Origin: a virus
Taxonomy: Duplodnaviria; Caudoviricetes
Reading direction: 5' to 3' (one strand)
DNA: 52,412 nucleotides
IMG/VR virus record: IMGVR_UViG_3300033145_001015
Coordinates: 1-52,412 of that record
This document shows, in pieces, positions 1 to 9,200 of the stretch. Under the pieces are notes generated by a model, which saw only the letters and a list, made by a program, of their open reading frames with translations, made no database searches and was not told where the DNA came from. The position numbers and the translations under genes are program-made. Each line of letters begins with the position of its first letter. Positions within the stretch are counted from its first letter, which is position 1.

Positions 1-114
1 CCCTGGGATTGATCCAGAAGAAGAAATTCCCACAACAAAGCCAGGTAGTCAGGGGTAATTGTGAAAAAAATTAGCGATGCCGAGAAATGGCGTGTTCTTT
101 TACGGAATCTAAGG
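1..114. repeat. 114-bp exact direct repeat of the window end (circular assembly overlap)
   Basis: 1-114 is identical to 52299-52412. It falls inside coding sequence (end of the DUF5664 gene and start of the SprT-like gene). Confidence 0.97.
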
Positions 115-390
115 AAATACTTTCCTGCAAGATACCCTATTCATGTATGGCACTACCCATCAAAAGGGAACTTTGGCATCACGCGATTCGACGGCAAGAA
201 GTTTCTTGTTCGTATTAGCTCGCTTGCGTTGCCAATTTATCAACGGGATGCGCTTGTCCATGAGTGGGCGCATTGTCTGGTGGATGATTGGGTAAAGACA
301 GATGCGGAGTATCACGGACCAGTATGGGGAGCCTATTACGCTATGATTTACACTGCATGGATGAATGATTTTAAGGAGCCTATGGAATGA
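61..390 (+). CDS. SprT-like HEXXH zinc metallopeptidase
   Basis: LVHEWAH motif plus downstream HGPVW (third His ligand pattern of SprT-like proteins); GTG start just after the previous stop. Confidence 0.7.
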   Translation: MKKISDAEKWRVLLRNLRKYFPARYPIHVWHYPSKGNFGITRFDGKKFLVRISSLALPIYQRDALVHEWAHCLVDDWVKTDAEYHGPVWGAYYAMIYTAWMNDFKEPME

Positions 391-1055
391 ACTATACTGC
401 CGAACAGATAGCCGCAAGACTCGACTTGGCTGTCCTGAAACCAACTGCGACACGTAATGACGTAAAGTGCGCCTGTGCACTAGCCAATAAGCATGGCATC
501 AAAAGCGTGTGTGTCGCACCGATCTATGTTCCATTGGCTGTATCGCTATTCAATAACGTGTCATGTGTTATTGGGTTTCCGCACGGGAATTCGATGCCGG
601 ATACAAAGTGCCATGAGGCATTATACGCAATGATAAATGGAGCCAAGGAGCTAGATGTTGTCGTTAATTATGGACGTTTTCTTGACGGGGATAGTGAACC
701 AATGGAGCTGGAGTTACAGGAAATAGTACGCGAAGCTAAGTATCATAATGTTCTCGTTAAGGCTATCCTGGAAACATGCTATTATTCTCGATTACAAATT
801 CGGGAAGCCTGTTACATTTGCGCTGATACCGAGGTTGGTTTTGTCAAAACGTCTACTGGATATGCGAGTAATGGCGCTACGGAATGGGCGGTTCAGGAAA
901 TAATTGACGCAGTGTGCTTAACGCCACTGCGCGTCAAGGCGAGTGGCGGAATCAAGACGTACAAAGATGCGGCCAGGATGCTTGATCTCGGCTGTGATAG
1001 AATTGGATCAGGTTCCTTTCATTCTCTTTTGCCGACAGAGACGAACCATGAATAA
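387..1055 (+). CDS. deoC: Deoxyribose-phosphate aldolase (DERA)
   Basis: Motifs LKP, CVAP, VIGFPHG, GAKELDVV, KAILET, FVKTSTG (Schiff-base Lys), VKASGGI, RIGS; 222 aa; ATGA overlap with the upstream gene. Confidence 0.96.
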   Translation: MNYTAEQIAARLDLAVLKPTATRNDVKCACALANKHGIKSVCVAPIYVPLAVSLFNNVSCVIGFPHGNSMPDTKCHEALYAMINGAKELDVVVNYGRFLDGDSEPMELELQEIVREAKYHNVLVKAILETCYYSRLQIREACYICADTEVGFVKTSTGYASNGATEWAVQEIIDAVCLTPLRVKASGGIKTYKDAARMLDLGCDRIGSGSFHSLLPTETNHE

Positions 1056-1611
1056 TTTAGCTGGAATGAGATGCTATTTGGCTGGCGCAATGGAAAACAC
1101 TTCCGATAATGGTGGTAAATGGAGGGAGCAAGTCAAGCAAAACCTATCATACCTGGGAATTCAATGGCTCGATCCATACTGTAAACCAATTGAGTACGGT
1201 AGGGAGAACCAAGGGGACTTTGCTGAAATGAAAAAAAAGCGTAGTTGCGGGGAATTTGTAAGCATTAGGAGATTCATGCAAAAAATAAGAGCTGTTGATC
1301 TCCGCATGGTGGATGTTAGTGACTTTTTGATTGTTTATCTCGATCCAGATATACCCACATTCGGAACACATGAAGAGGTAGCTAGGGCAGCAAGTCAAAA
1401 CAAGCCAGTTATCATAATGATTGAGGGCGGAATACAGAAAGCTCCACTTTGGTGGTTTGCCATGCTCGATTGGCGGTTATTTTTTACTAGCTGGAAAGCC
1501 GTTCGAGAATATCTGGAAACAATTTCCCGAATACCTGGAGCACAAATGGCATCTGCGAGTGATGGTCACTGGCTTCCTTTTGACTTAGATACGAAACAAC
1601 CAAATGAATAA
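1048..1611 (+). CDS. Nucleoside 2-deoxyribosyltransferase / dNMP N-glycosidase family protein
   Basis: YLAGAM N-terminal motif, DLRMVDVSDFLIVYLD, GTHEE (catalytic Glu position), NKPVI; start re-called at ATG 1048, overlapping the deoC end. Confidence 0.82.
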   Translation: MNNLAGMRCYLAGAMENTSDNGGKWREQVKQNLSYLGIQWLDPYCKPIEYGRENQGDFAEMKKKRSCGEFVSIRRFMQKIRAVDLRMVDVSDFLIVYLDPDIPTFGTHEEVARAASQNKPVIIMIEGGIQKAPLWWFAMLDWRLFFTSWKAVREYLETISRIPGAQMASASDGHWLPFDLDTKQPNE

Positions 1612-1786
1612 TCGTACAATGCGAAAAGCCGTTTCCTGGGAAGGTATCTCGAACATTGTATGCCTCGGTCTAGCGTGGTGGATGTTCGGTCATTTTGGAA
1701 ATTGCTTACTATTTACCGGGGCGTGTATAATAATAAAGTTAGTGATGTACTATTATCACGAATCCTTTTGGGAGAGTACGAGATGA
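1604..1786 (+). CDS. DUF2061-like small membrane protein
   Basis: R-T-x-x-K-A-V-S-W ... K-x-x-x-Y-Y-x-H-E-x-x-W pattern with two hydrophobic segments. Confidence 0.7.
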   Translation: MNNRTMRKAVSWEGISNIVCLGLAWWMFGHFGNCLLFTGACIIIKLVMYYYHESFWESTR

Positions 1787-2115
1787 CGCGAGGCGACTGG
1801 ATATGCCCAGTGTGCGGCGAGACGATGTATATTATCAGCTCGAAATCGAAATACATGGTGTGTATCGCCGGGCATGGCAAGTTACATCGAGTTTGGGGCA
1901 TTAAGAACTTGCCGTGGGCCTATAGGGTGAGCAGCAACAGTTTCCTTATAGATAATTCGCCTCCGGGCACAGGTTATCGCTCGTATCACTATGAGTACGT
2001 CCCACATGGCCACGCCACCGCATTAAATAAAGCGCCGCGGAGGGGCGAAGTGGTGGCTTCTGTGGCCTTTCGTGGCCACAGAGCAGTAAGACTGTTCAGA
2101 CGGAAGGGAGCTTAA
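1783..2115 (+). CDS. Hypothetical protein with N-terminal zinc ribbon
   Basis: WICPVCG...CIAGH; ATG 1783 overlaps the previous stop (ATGA). Confidence 0.6.
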   Translation: MTRGDWICPVCGETMYIISSKSKYMVCIAGHGKLHRVWGIKNLPWAYRVSSNSFLIDNSPPGTGYRSYHYEYVPHGHATALNKAPRRGEVVASVAFRGHRAVRLFRRKGA

Positions 2116-2237
2116 AATGAAAGCCAAGGGCTATACTAAATGGCGTAATTGGAATGGAGAGTCAATAGAATTTGACAAAGAGGATTTACGCCAGCAAATG
2201 CTCAGGGAGATTAAAAAATTCAAATTCCAACCCCCAC

Positions 2238-3125
2238 TCAAATCACCTCACGCAACGGCCAAGTCTCCTCCTCGAACCGCGTAGGATCGCGCGTGAGGGG
2301 CACTGGGACGTTTCTGTCCAAGGCCCACTCGATACCCTCTTCCTTCGCCCAAGCCCTCACGCGGCGCATGGGGACGAAGAAATTGAGACCTGGGCCTATT
2401 CCGCGAGTCAAAAGGCCGATGCACTCGCCATTTCGAGTATAAACCCCTCCGCCAGAGGAGCCAGGATAAGCCATTGAGGTAGTTTGGTCATAACGAAGGC
2501 CATCTCCGAGGTCTCGGTCTGTCTGGGAAATAATCCCGAGACTTACGCTATTGAACAAGCCAGCGGTCGAGCCTACGTGGATAATTTCGGTCCCGACGGG
2601 CTGGATACTGGCATCAGCGAACTTCGCAGAATGAAGCCACGTAAGCTGAGCACCATCGTCAAGGACTTCAAGGAGAGCTAAATCTTGGCCGTTATCCGGG
2701 TCACTGAACGCAATTACCTTTGCTGGCAAACTTTTCTTGCAAACAAATTTGCCGTGCACAGTTCGCATCTCAACTAGCACTGTAACATGAGCAAAAGAGC
2801 CATCATCTTGCTGAAGTCCATCAATAACGTGGCCAGCAGTCCACACGAAAGTCTTTTGCTTGCCTGCAATGTTACGGGTGAATACCACCCCAGAGCCACT
2901 ACCTCGTGCTGAGATTACCTTTACACTTACCTCTTGGAGCTGACGGTAAATAGCGAGATCATCAGTATGCGGAACTGGCCCGCGTGAATTCAGGCGATTG
3001 CGAAGGATGTCAATTTGGTTATTGCTGAATCGGGAATCTTTCTCGAATCCGTAATTTTCAATCCCCTGAATCAAACATACCCCCGCGACAACCAATACAA
3101 CAACGCAATTGAATACCCTCTGCAC
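2238..3125 (-). CDS. Trypsin-like (S1) serine protease with N-terminal signal/membrane anchor
   Basis: Catalytic triad motifs TAGHV, DLALL, GSSGGG; GTG start at 3125 after AAGGAG; hydrophobic N-terminus VVVLVVAGVCLI. Confidence 0.9.
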   Translation of the reverse strand: MQRVFNCVVVLVVAGVCLIQGIENYGFEKDSRFSNNQIDILRNRLNSRGPVPHTDDLAIYRQLQEVSVKVISARGSGSGVVFTRNIAGKQKTFVWTAGHVIDGLQQDDGSFAHVTVLVEMRTVHGKFVCKKSLPAKVIAFSDPDNGQDLALLEVLDDGAQLTWLHSAKFADASIQPVGTEIIHVGSTAGLFNSVSLGIISQTDRDLGDGLRYDQTTSMAYPGSSGGGVYTRNGECIGLLTRGIGPGLNFFVPMRRVRAWAKEEGIEWALDRNVPVPLTRDPTRFEEETWPLREVI

Positions 3126-3145
3126 GATAGACTCCTTTCGCGTAA

Positions 3146-3433
3146 TCAAAACAAGAAATACTTTATTGCTGCGCCTACAACTATTAACAAAACAGCCCAA
3201 GCACCCCCCAGATATTTTAGCATCCTGGTTCGGCTACCGAGGAGTTTGGAAATATCGTGTAGCGCACCTGGATTTGTCTTTTTGTCACCTGGTGTGCCGT
3301 ATAAATCGAAATCAATTCCATCGACTGATTCAGCTACATTTTTTAGGTCACTAGCTAGCTCGACTACTTCTAAATGGTAGCCATGCAGCTCGTCGCGCAA
3401 CCTCTCCAGGAGTGATCTTTCCTTAATCGTCAT
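3146..3433 (-). CDS. Small membrane protein, helical N-terminus with C-terminal TM helix (holin-like candidate)
   Basis: C-terminal LGGAWAVLLIVVGAAIKYFLF; position at the end of the late arm. Confidence 0.5.
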   Translation of the reverse strand: MTIKERSLLERLRDELHGYHLEVVELASDLKNVAESVDGIDFDLYGTPGDKKTNPGALHDISKLLGSRTRMLKYLGGAWAVLLIVVGAAIKYFLF

Positions 3434-3806
3434 TTCCTACCTTATTCTTTTCGATAATACGCACTACAATGAAAATGTTTTGTGTTCTCGTCATCCCCGA
3501 CTTAGTTTGCACGAAAAATGTCGGTACACTCGTGACACCGTATTTGCGTGCTAGGACCATGCCTTCGTGTGTATCTATGTTGATAATATCAACACTAACT
3601 CCACTCGCTTTAATGGCTATGAGAATTGGTCTGATCTTATTGCACGTTTTACACCACTTTGCAGTGAAAGCTACGACGGATACATTGGCTTCAGGGGCTG
3701 GAGCTGGCGTAGTTGGTATTGCGTAGGCAACTAGAAGCATTGCCCCAATACTAATTACAACAACGGAAATTATGAATACCATCTCATGTATAAGTTGATC
3801 GTTCAT
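3423..3806 (-). CDS. Membrane-anchored/exported thioredoxin
   Basis: FTAKWCKTC active site, YGVTSVPTF cis-Pro loop, N-terminal TM segment. Confidence 0.9.
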   Translation of the reverse strand: MNDQLIHEMVFIISVVVISIGAMLLVAYAIPTTPAPAPEANVSVVAFTAKWCKTCNKIRPILIAIKASGVSVDIINIDTHEGMVLARKYGVTSVPTFFVQTKSGMTRTQNIFIVVRIIEKNKVGNDD

Positions 3807-3818
3807 CTCTTGCTTTCT

Positions 3819-3861
3819 AAAAATAAGGCTGGCCAGGCATATCCTTATGCGCTGGCCAGCT
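3819..3861 (-). terminator. Rho-independent terminator
   Basis: Minus strand AGCTGGCCAGCGCATA-AGGA-TATGCCTGGCCAGCC followed by TTATTTTT. Confidence 0.65.
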
Positions 3862-3935
3862 AGCCACCTGCTTATAAGCCGACTCCTCGCTCCATGCCAA
3901 CATCATGTGGCTTCGAGAGACGCCAGGTGGTAATG

Positions 3936-4346
3936 CTACACTACACCAGCCTTCGGTGCGGTCACGACAGCAGTGACATCCTTCGCTCGGACTGCATCCT
4001 CTAGCTTTGCAGCAATCAATGCGCGACCTGCCTCCGAAGCCAAACGGGCGTCTAGCAGGCGCTCGAATACAACCTCGAACTCCTTTAGGACGGCATCGCT
4101 GCCATCGAGAAATAGCTTCGCAAGCTCGGCGATTTTCTTAGTCATGCCAGAGTAATCCCCGACAGAATAGTCAACTAGGAAATCAGGAATCTTCACGAGG
4201 CCAAGCGCAGACAGTACGCCAGCCAACTTAGCGGCTCCGCGGCGACGCCCTTCTTTCTCAGTGTCCTTCTTGAATAGAAAGACAGCTAGACCACAGGCAG
4301 CAACAGCAGAAAGGACACATACTAGAGTAACTTCAAGAACGCTCAT
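3936..4346 (-). CDS. Hypothetical membrane protein
   Basis: N-terminal TM helix, helical remainder, GAAGGAA SD. Confidence 0.75.
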   Translation of the reverse strand: MSVLEVTLVCVLSAVAACGLAVFLFKKDTEKEGRRRGAAKLAGVLSALGLVKIPDFLVDYSVGDYSGMTKKIAELAKLFLDGSDAVLKEFEVVFERLLDARLASEAGRALIAAKLEDAVRAKDVTAVVTAPKAGVV

Positions 4347-4385
4347 TTCAATTCCTTCTCGTTAGGTAAAATTGTAACAAAAATC

Positions 4386-5045
4386 TCATTCGGAATAAGT
4401 TTTATTCCACTGAATAGCAACACCACCCGTGCCACCAACAAGCACACTTAGCACCAGCGTAACGACACATATCCCAGTGGGAACGCCACGTGAAACGGGT
4501 TCATCAATGAACGGCATAGCGCCATCATCAATAGGTTGTGGCTCTGGGTCTAGGTCGGGTTCCGGGACCGGGACTGGCGACGGGCAAGGACAAGCGTTTT
4601 TCTTGCGCCACGGCAAAACTGGTCGTACACTTTCAGCCATAGCGCCGTTAAGTCCCTCGGCAGACATCGGAATCTTGGTGCCAGAAACCTCGTATACTTT
4701 AGTGCCATCAGACTTCTGCATACGAATCATCGGCAGAGCAGTCACATTACTAGCATAGCGAGCTTCGTAGATTGCACTACCAAAAGTCACTGGACAGAAA
4801 TGAACCTGATCCTTCAGTTTCGCTAGTTTCTCATTGGTCTCAAACCACTTCACTAACTTATGGAAGTTAGCGTCATCCTTGCGGCCAATAACCGAAATAT
4901 ACCATTTAGCTTGGTCATTCGGTAGGTTAATAATTCGCTCTTCAGCAATAACTCCACGCGGAAAATTCTCAGCGTAGATCGGAGCTGCACATAGCAATAT
5001 AGCGATGCACAGCAATACGGACGTTACGATTCGCATTCGCTCCAC
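4386..5045 (-). CDS. Exported protein: signal peptide, possible thioredoxin-like fold, Pro-rich linker, C-terminal TM anchor
   Basis: Signal peptide ending IYA; LPMIRMQKSDG resembles a Trx cis-Pro loop; CPCPSPVPVPEP linker; hydrophobic C-terminus. Confidence 0.6.
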   Translation of the reverse strand: MERMRIVTSVLLCIAILLCAAPIYAENFPRGVIAEERIINLPNDQAKWYISVIGRKDDANFHKLVKWFETNEKLAKLKDQVHFCPVTFGSAIYEARYASNVTALPMIRMQKSDGTKVYEVSGTKIPMSAEGLNGAMAESVRPVLPWRKKNACPCPSPVPVPEPDLDPEPQPIDDGAMPFIDEPVSRGVPTGICVVTLVLSVLVGGTGGVAIQWNKTYSE

Positions 5046-5050
5046 TCCTT

Positions 5051-5701
5051 CTATTTAGGTAAAGGTGCGGCGGGTGTATAAATCATAGTTACAGCCCACC
5101 CCATGCTGGCTTTCCACTCAGCGATTAGTGTCTCGCGTGGAATCCAGATGATCGTAGAAACGCTATTATTATCGAGTAGCCCGGCCCACTTATCGTCAAG
5201 ATGCACAAGTGCCACCATGTGCGCCCCGCCATTGATAGTAATGCCACAGCCTCGCCTAGTGGAGCAAGCCCACTCCAGGAAATTCACGTCTCCATTCGTG
5301 ACATAAGCATAGCGAATTCCATTCGCCTCGAACTTGGCCTGTAAGTCGGATGGCCATTCGCCATTTCCGTACCTACGTCGCCATCGGTCTGCTGTTTTGT
5401 ACCGTCCTTGCCAGCGAAATAAACTAATCATCGTCGCATGGACGCATGATCCCTCGTTTTGGTCCCCTCGCCAATTGGATTGCCTGAGAGCCTTCGGGAT
5501 ATTTACCGTGGGACGTTCATCGTTAGGCGCATTGATCTGCGTGCCGTCCACAGCTAGACACACAGAAGTCGAAAATGTACCAACAACACCACCGAGCCAG
5601 ATTGCGTATAATACAATAACCCACACACAAATGCAGGCAGATATGGCGCTATTGGAAAATTTCCTTGAAATTTTCTCCCTGAACTCGTTGAGTTCCTTCA
5701 T
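5051..5701 (-). CDS. Papain-fold (C39-like) cysteine peptidase with N-terminal TM/signal
   Basis: GSCVHA (Cys), AHMVALV (His), LLDNN (Asp/Asn) in canonical order. Confidence 0.7.
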   Translation of the reverse strand: MKELNEFREKISRKFSNSAISACICVWVIVLYAIWLGGVVGTFSTSVCLAVDGTQINAPNDERPTVNIPKALRQSNWRGDQNEGSCVHATMISLFRWQGRYKTADRWRRRYGNGEWPSDLQAKFEANGIRYAYVTNGDVNFLEWACSTRRGCGITINGGAHMVALVHLDDKWAGLLDNNSVSTIIWIPRETLIAEWKASMGWAVTMIYTPAAPLPK

Positions 5702-6228
5702 TTTAGCCTCACTGGTTTCTGAAGGATACCTTCACGTCGCAAGCGACGAACATATTTGTTGGGGTTCCAACGGCTTGCATTTACTGTCGGGAAAATGCCG
5801 ATCTCCGACAACTTCGACGCAACAAGCTCAGAACAAAAGTAGCTTGAAAAATCCTGTTTCCATAGTAACGATTCCATTAGGGCGAACAGTAAGCCACCGG
5901 AACGCACTGCTCCGGCCATGTCATACGGAATATCTTTCGATGTCAAGAGCTTTCGATATAGCCTTCGGCTTTCGTGTGGAAAGAGATTACGGAAAAGTGG
6001 GTAAACCCACACCCTACCATTGTAGATATTTATTGTTGCGCTTGCAGGCGAGGTTGCAATAACACCGCATGTTGAAATTGCCTCCCATAAATCACCCTTG
6101 CAAATAATACCAACGTGACTAAGTGATAGGCGCGGAATTCCGTAAGTTAGTAAATTGATTGTATCAGAATGCCAGTGGTTTCCACTGAAACCAATAACGT
6201 CACCGTTCTTCAGGGGGTATTTCTTCAT
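5698..6228 (-). CDS. Permuted papain-like NlpC/P60 amidase (YaeF/YiiX-type)
   Basis: GDVIGF, SHVGI, IPYD, YFCSELV: His before Cys, i.e. circularly permuted. Confidence 0.85.
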   Translation of the reverse strand: MKKYPLKNGDVIGFSGNHWHSDTINLLTYGIPRLSLSHVGIICKGDLWEAISTCGVIATSPASATINIYNGRVWVYPLFRNLFPHESRRLYRKLLTSKDIPYDMAGAVRSGGLLFALMESLLWKQDFSSYFCSELVASKLSEIGIFPTVNASRWNPNKYVRRLRREGILQKPVRLK

Positions 6229-6237
6229 CGTAACTAT

Positions 6238-6266
6238 ATTATACCACCAAACTGGTTGTAATGCAA
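6238..6266 (-). promoter_or_regulatory. Sigma70-type promoter for the protease/thioredoxin cassette
   Basis: TTGCAT-17 bp-TATAAT, 10 bp upstream of ATG 6228. Confidence 0.65.
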
Positions 6267-6276
6267 CTGTTTTTCA

Positions 6277-9200
6277 CTAATTTGCGTGCTTATTTCCAGA
6301 TTTAGAAGCTGCCTCCCACCACACCGCCAGTGTACCACGCAGTTCAGCCGAGTAATCCTGCGCCACCTTCAGCTTATCGCGCTGCTCATTCGTTAGGTAT
6401 TCGGTGATGAATTCAATTTCATCGCTTTCATTTAGCCTGGAAGATATAGGGTCCATGCGCCGCAAAAAACTCGTGAAACGCGATCCATAATCAGCGGGGT
6501 GTTTCTTCTGGAATTCTTTCTTCCAATCCACGAACGCATCGTAATCCTCGTTGATTGCAGCCGAGCGAGCTGTCCGATATTCCGACACGGGGTATACACC
6601 ACTTCGTGGTGATCCCTTTGACTCTAGAAATCTCATTCGCAGATCGTAAACCTCATTCAATGCGAGTGCCCGCGGGTCCAGCGTGCGATAAAAGAATCGC
6701 TGCCAGTAGTTCTTTCGCGGTCTCGTTCCATCACCGAGGGCCATTCCCTTCACCCACTTAAATTCATCGCGCAAACCAACTATGCCAGCCACAGCTTCGC
6801 CCCTATCGACGGAACGTGGAGTGAACGGAGATGGAAACAATGACTGTCCCGTCAATACCTCAAAGCCACCCTTTATATCAGGACGCAACGAGCCGACCAT
6901 CTTTTCAAGTGGCGACTTCATCATTTCCTTAATGATGTCAGTTCCTGTAACCTGGCCAGCTTTATATTTTCCAATCATCGAAATGGCTTCGTTAATCCCA
7001 AGCCACTCCAGGAAATCACCAGATGCCCCAACATTTGTAAATACGCGCATAGAACCATCTGCCGTGCGACCAAGCAAAATATGCGGATTAGCACGCTCAT
7101 TCGGTGGCAAATCATCATCATCGTCGCATCCCCAGATAAGCGGGGCCATGATGTTATTCCAGACATATAGCGCAGCCTGGCCTTGAGCAAGTCGCATTGT
7201 AGCTGCTACGGCAAACATTTTAGCAGCCACTTTACCTGTCTCGGCTCTATTTTCCCCCGTCTGAAAAGCATTGATCGCTAATCTCGGCCAACGCTTGATA
7301 TTGATTTCCTGAAACGACCAGAAGGGATATAGCTTAGTCCGAAACCATTCCCCCATTACGGTCATATTACCATAATCGCCAAGGAGCTGACGTGACATGT
7401 GTGCAGCCGCAACATCATTACCCATGTCCTTCTGTAGCTGACGAACAACCGCCCGTTTAGATGCACCGAAATGCTTCAATTCGCCCTTCGCTAATGCTTT
7501 ACGATAAAATCGCAAAGCAGCGTATCGCAGTAAATCTTCACGGAAATTATTAAGCGGACCAACTGCACCTAAATATGTCTCAACTGGATGCGTGGCCTGA
7601 TGCCAGAAACGCTTTTGCTTCGCATCAAGGTGTGCGAAGGTAGGTAACATACCAATGTTACCAATTTCTGAAGTGAAAAACCCAGATGATGTAGTACCGA
7701 GATTTCTGGCAACTTTCATTTCCTGAGTCAGCGGCGTCGTGGCCTTCATCATTTTTCGCAATTCTATTGCTGCCGCCTTTACCTCAAAAATTATTTCAGG
7801 ATGAGCCGCTAGGGCTGGTTCAAGATCACCAGTCATATTGCGTATCTCGTAAGCAGTAATTCGCTTAGGCCCAATTGTACTCAATATCTTCCATGCCCGA
7901 ATTGCCATATCGTTAAGCGCTGTAAGCCAATTAGGGTCTTGTGGTTTCTTCGCAGCTTCCAATTCAGCTACAATTTCTTTTGGTAAAACAGCAGGTCGTC
8001 GTTGATTACCAACTGCAAGGACGGTCTTAATTTGACCTTTCGTTAATTCGCAACTTTCAAGAATGCCACTCTGTAATTTCTGAGCAATCTTATCTGGAAT
8101 CGAAAACGCCCTGTAGAATGCGTTACCAGGATCAGCTTGAAATATCCCTTTTGTGCCATCCTCACGAACAACCTTATTTAACGAAACGTCACGTTGCTTA
8201 GCTTCAGTGGAGAATTTCTCGTATACATCATATTTTCTATACAATGTATCGAGTAATTGTTCTTGCTGCACTCCAGCCAGGGCATCTGCCATCCAGGAAA
8301 CTTCAGACTCCAAAAAATCAGTATTGTAATCATATTCAGCATCGAGCGATTCGAGTCCCTCGGCAGCAACACGATGTTTTTGAAAGGACTTTTTTGTTTT
8401 TTGATAAATCGAACCACCGGCATATTTAGCACTGGCGGCATGGTACATCATCACCTGTTGGTGGAAATATGTTTCGCTATTCTGCAACGCTGATTCCGGC
8501 AAAAGATCATGTGCCACCGCTGCGCCAACAACTTCACGTACCGCTTCACGACGAGATTCCAACGCTTGCTTAACATCTGGCGTTCGCTCGATAACGGCTT
8601 CCAATTTCACCTTATACGCCTCCACTTCCGCTCTATTAGCGAAGCCATGTCGTAACGGCTGACCAAGGTCAAGAGCCGCAAGTTGATTGCGTATTTGAGC
8701 ATATCGTCCGAATAATTCATATTGCTTTGGTCCCAATGGATCAAGAATAGCAGCATTTATACGAATGGCATCGTCTTTCCCCGAATGCGGAACAACCTTT
8801 AAGAGACGCAAAACCTCACGTGCCGCTGAAAATTCAGTGGTATTCGGAATATATGCATGTGCCCTAGTTGCATAATGTTTAACAGTTTCCCAGCCTTCCT
8901 TGAGTTTAGCGAGCCTGCCAGGTTTCTCCATGCCACGCGCGGCGTCTAATCGAGTATCAACCTCAGCTCGTCCAACTGAAATATCAACCTCGCCACCGCC
9001 ACCTATAACATCACTGCGTGCTCGCTGGCCGAGGGGTCCACCAGTGATAGGTCTAGCTCCAGTCTCCTCTTTCAGAAAGCCCTTCTTTTTCGGCTCGGCT
9101 TCAATGGCCTGTTGTTTTAGTTTCTCAATAAAGGGCATTAACGGAGCAGTGGGATCAAAAGTAGATGGAGCCTCACCTTCAACTGCTGATATTTCTGGCG

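Noticed and set aside
1-114. 114-bp terminal repeat as a biological direct terminal repeat
   Set aside because: It cuts through two coupled genes in mid-operon, so it is best explained as circular-assembly overlap
5334-6062. Long antisense ORFs in the late arm (e.g. 5334-6062, 12802-13590, 20708-21262)
   Set aside because: They shadow well-supported minus-strand genes and show no motifs
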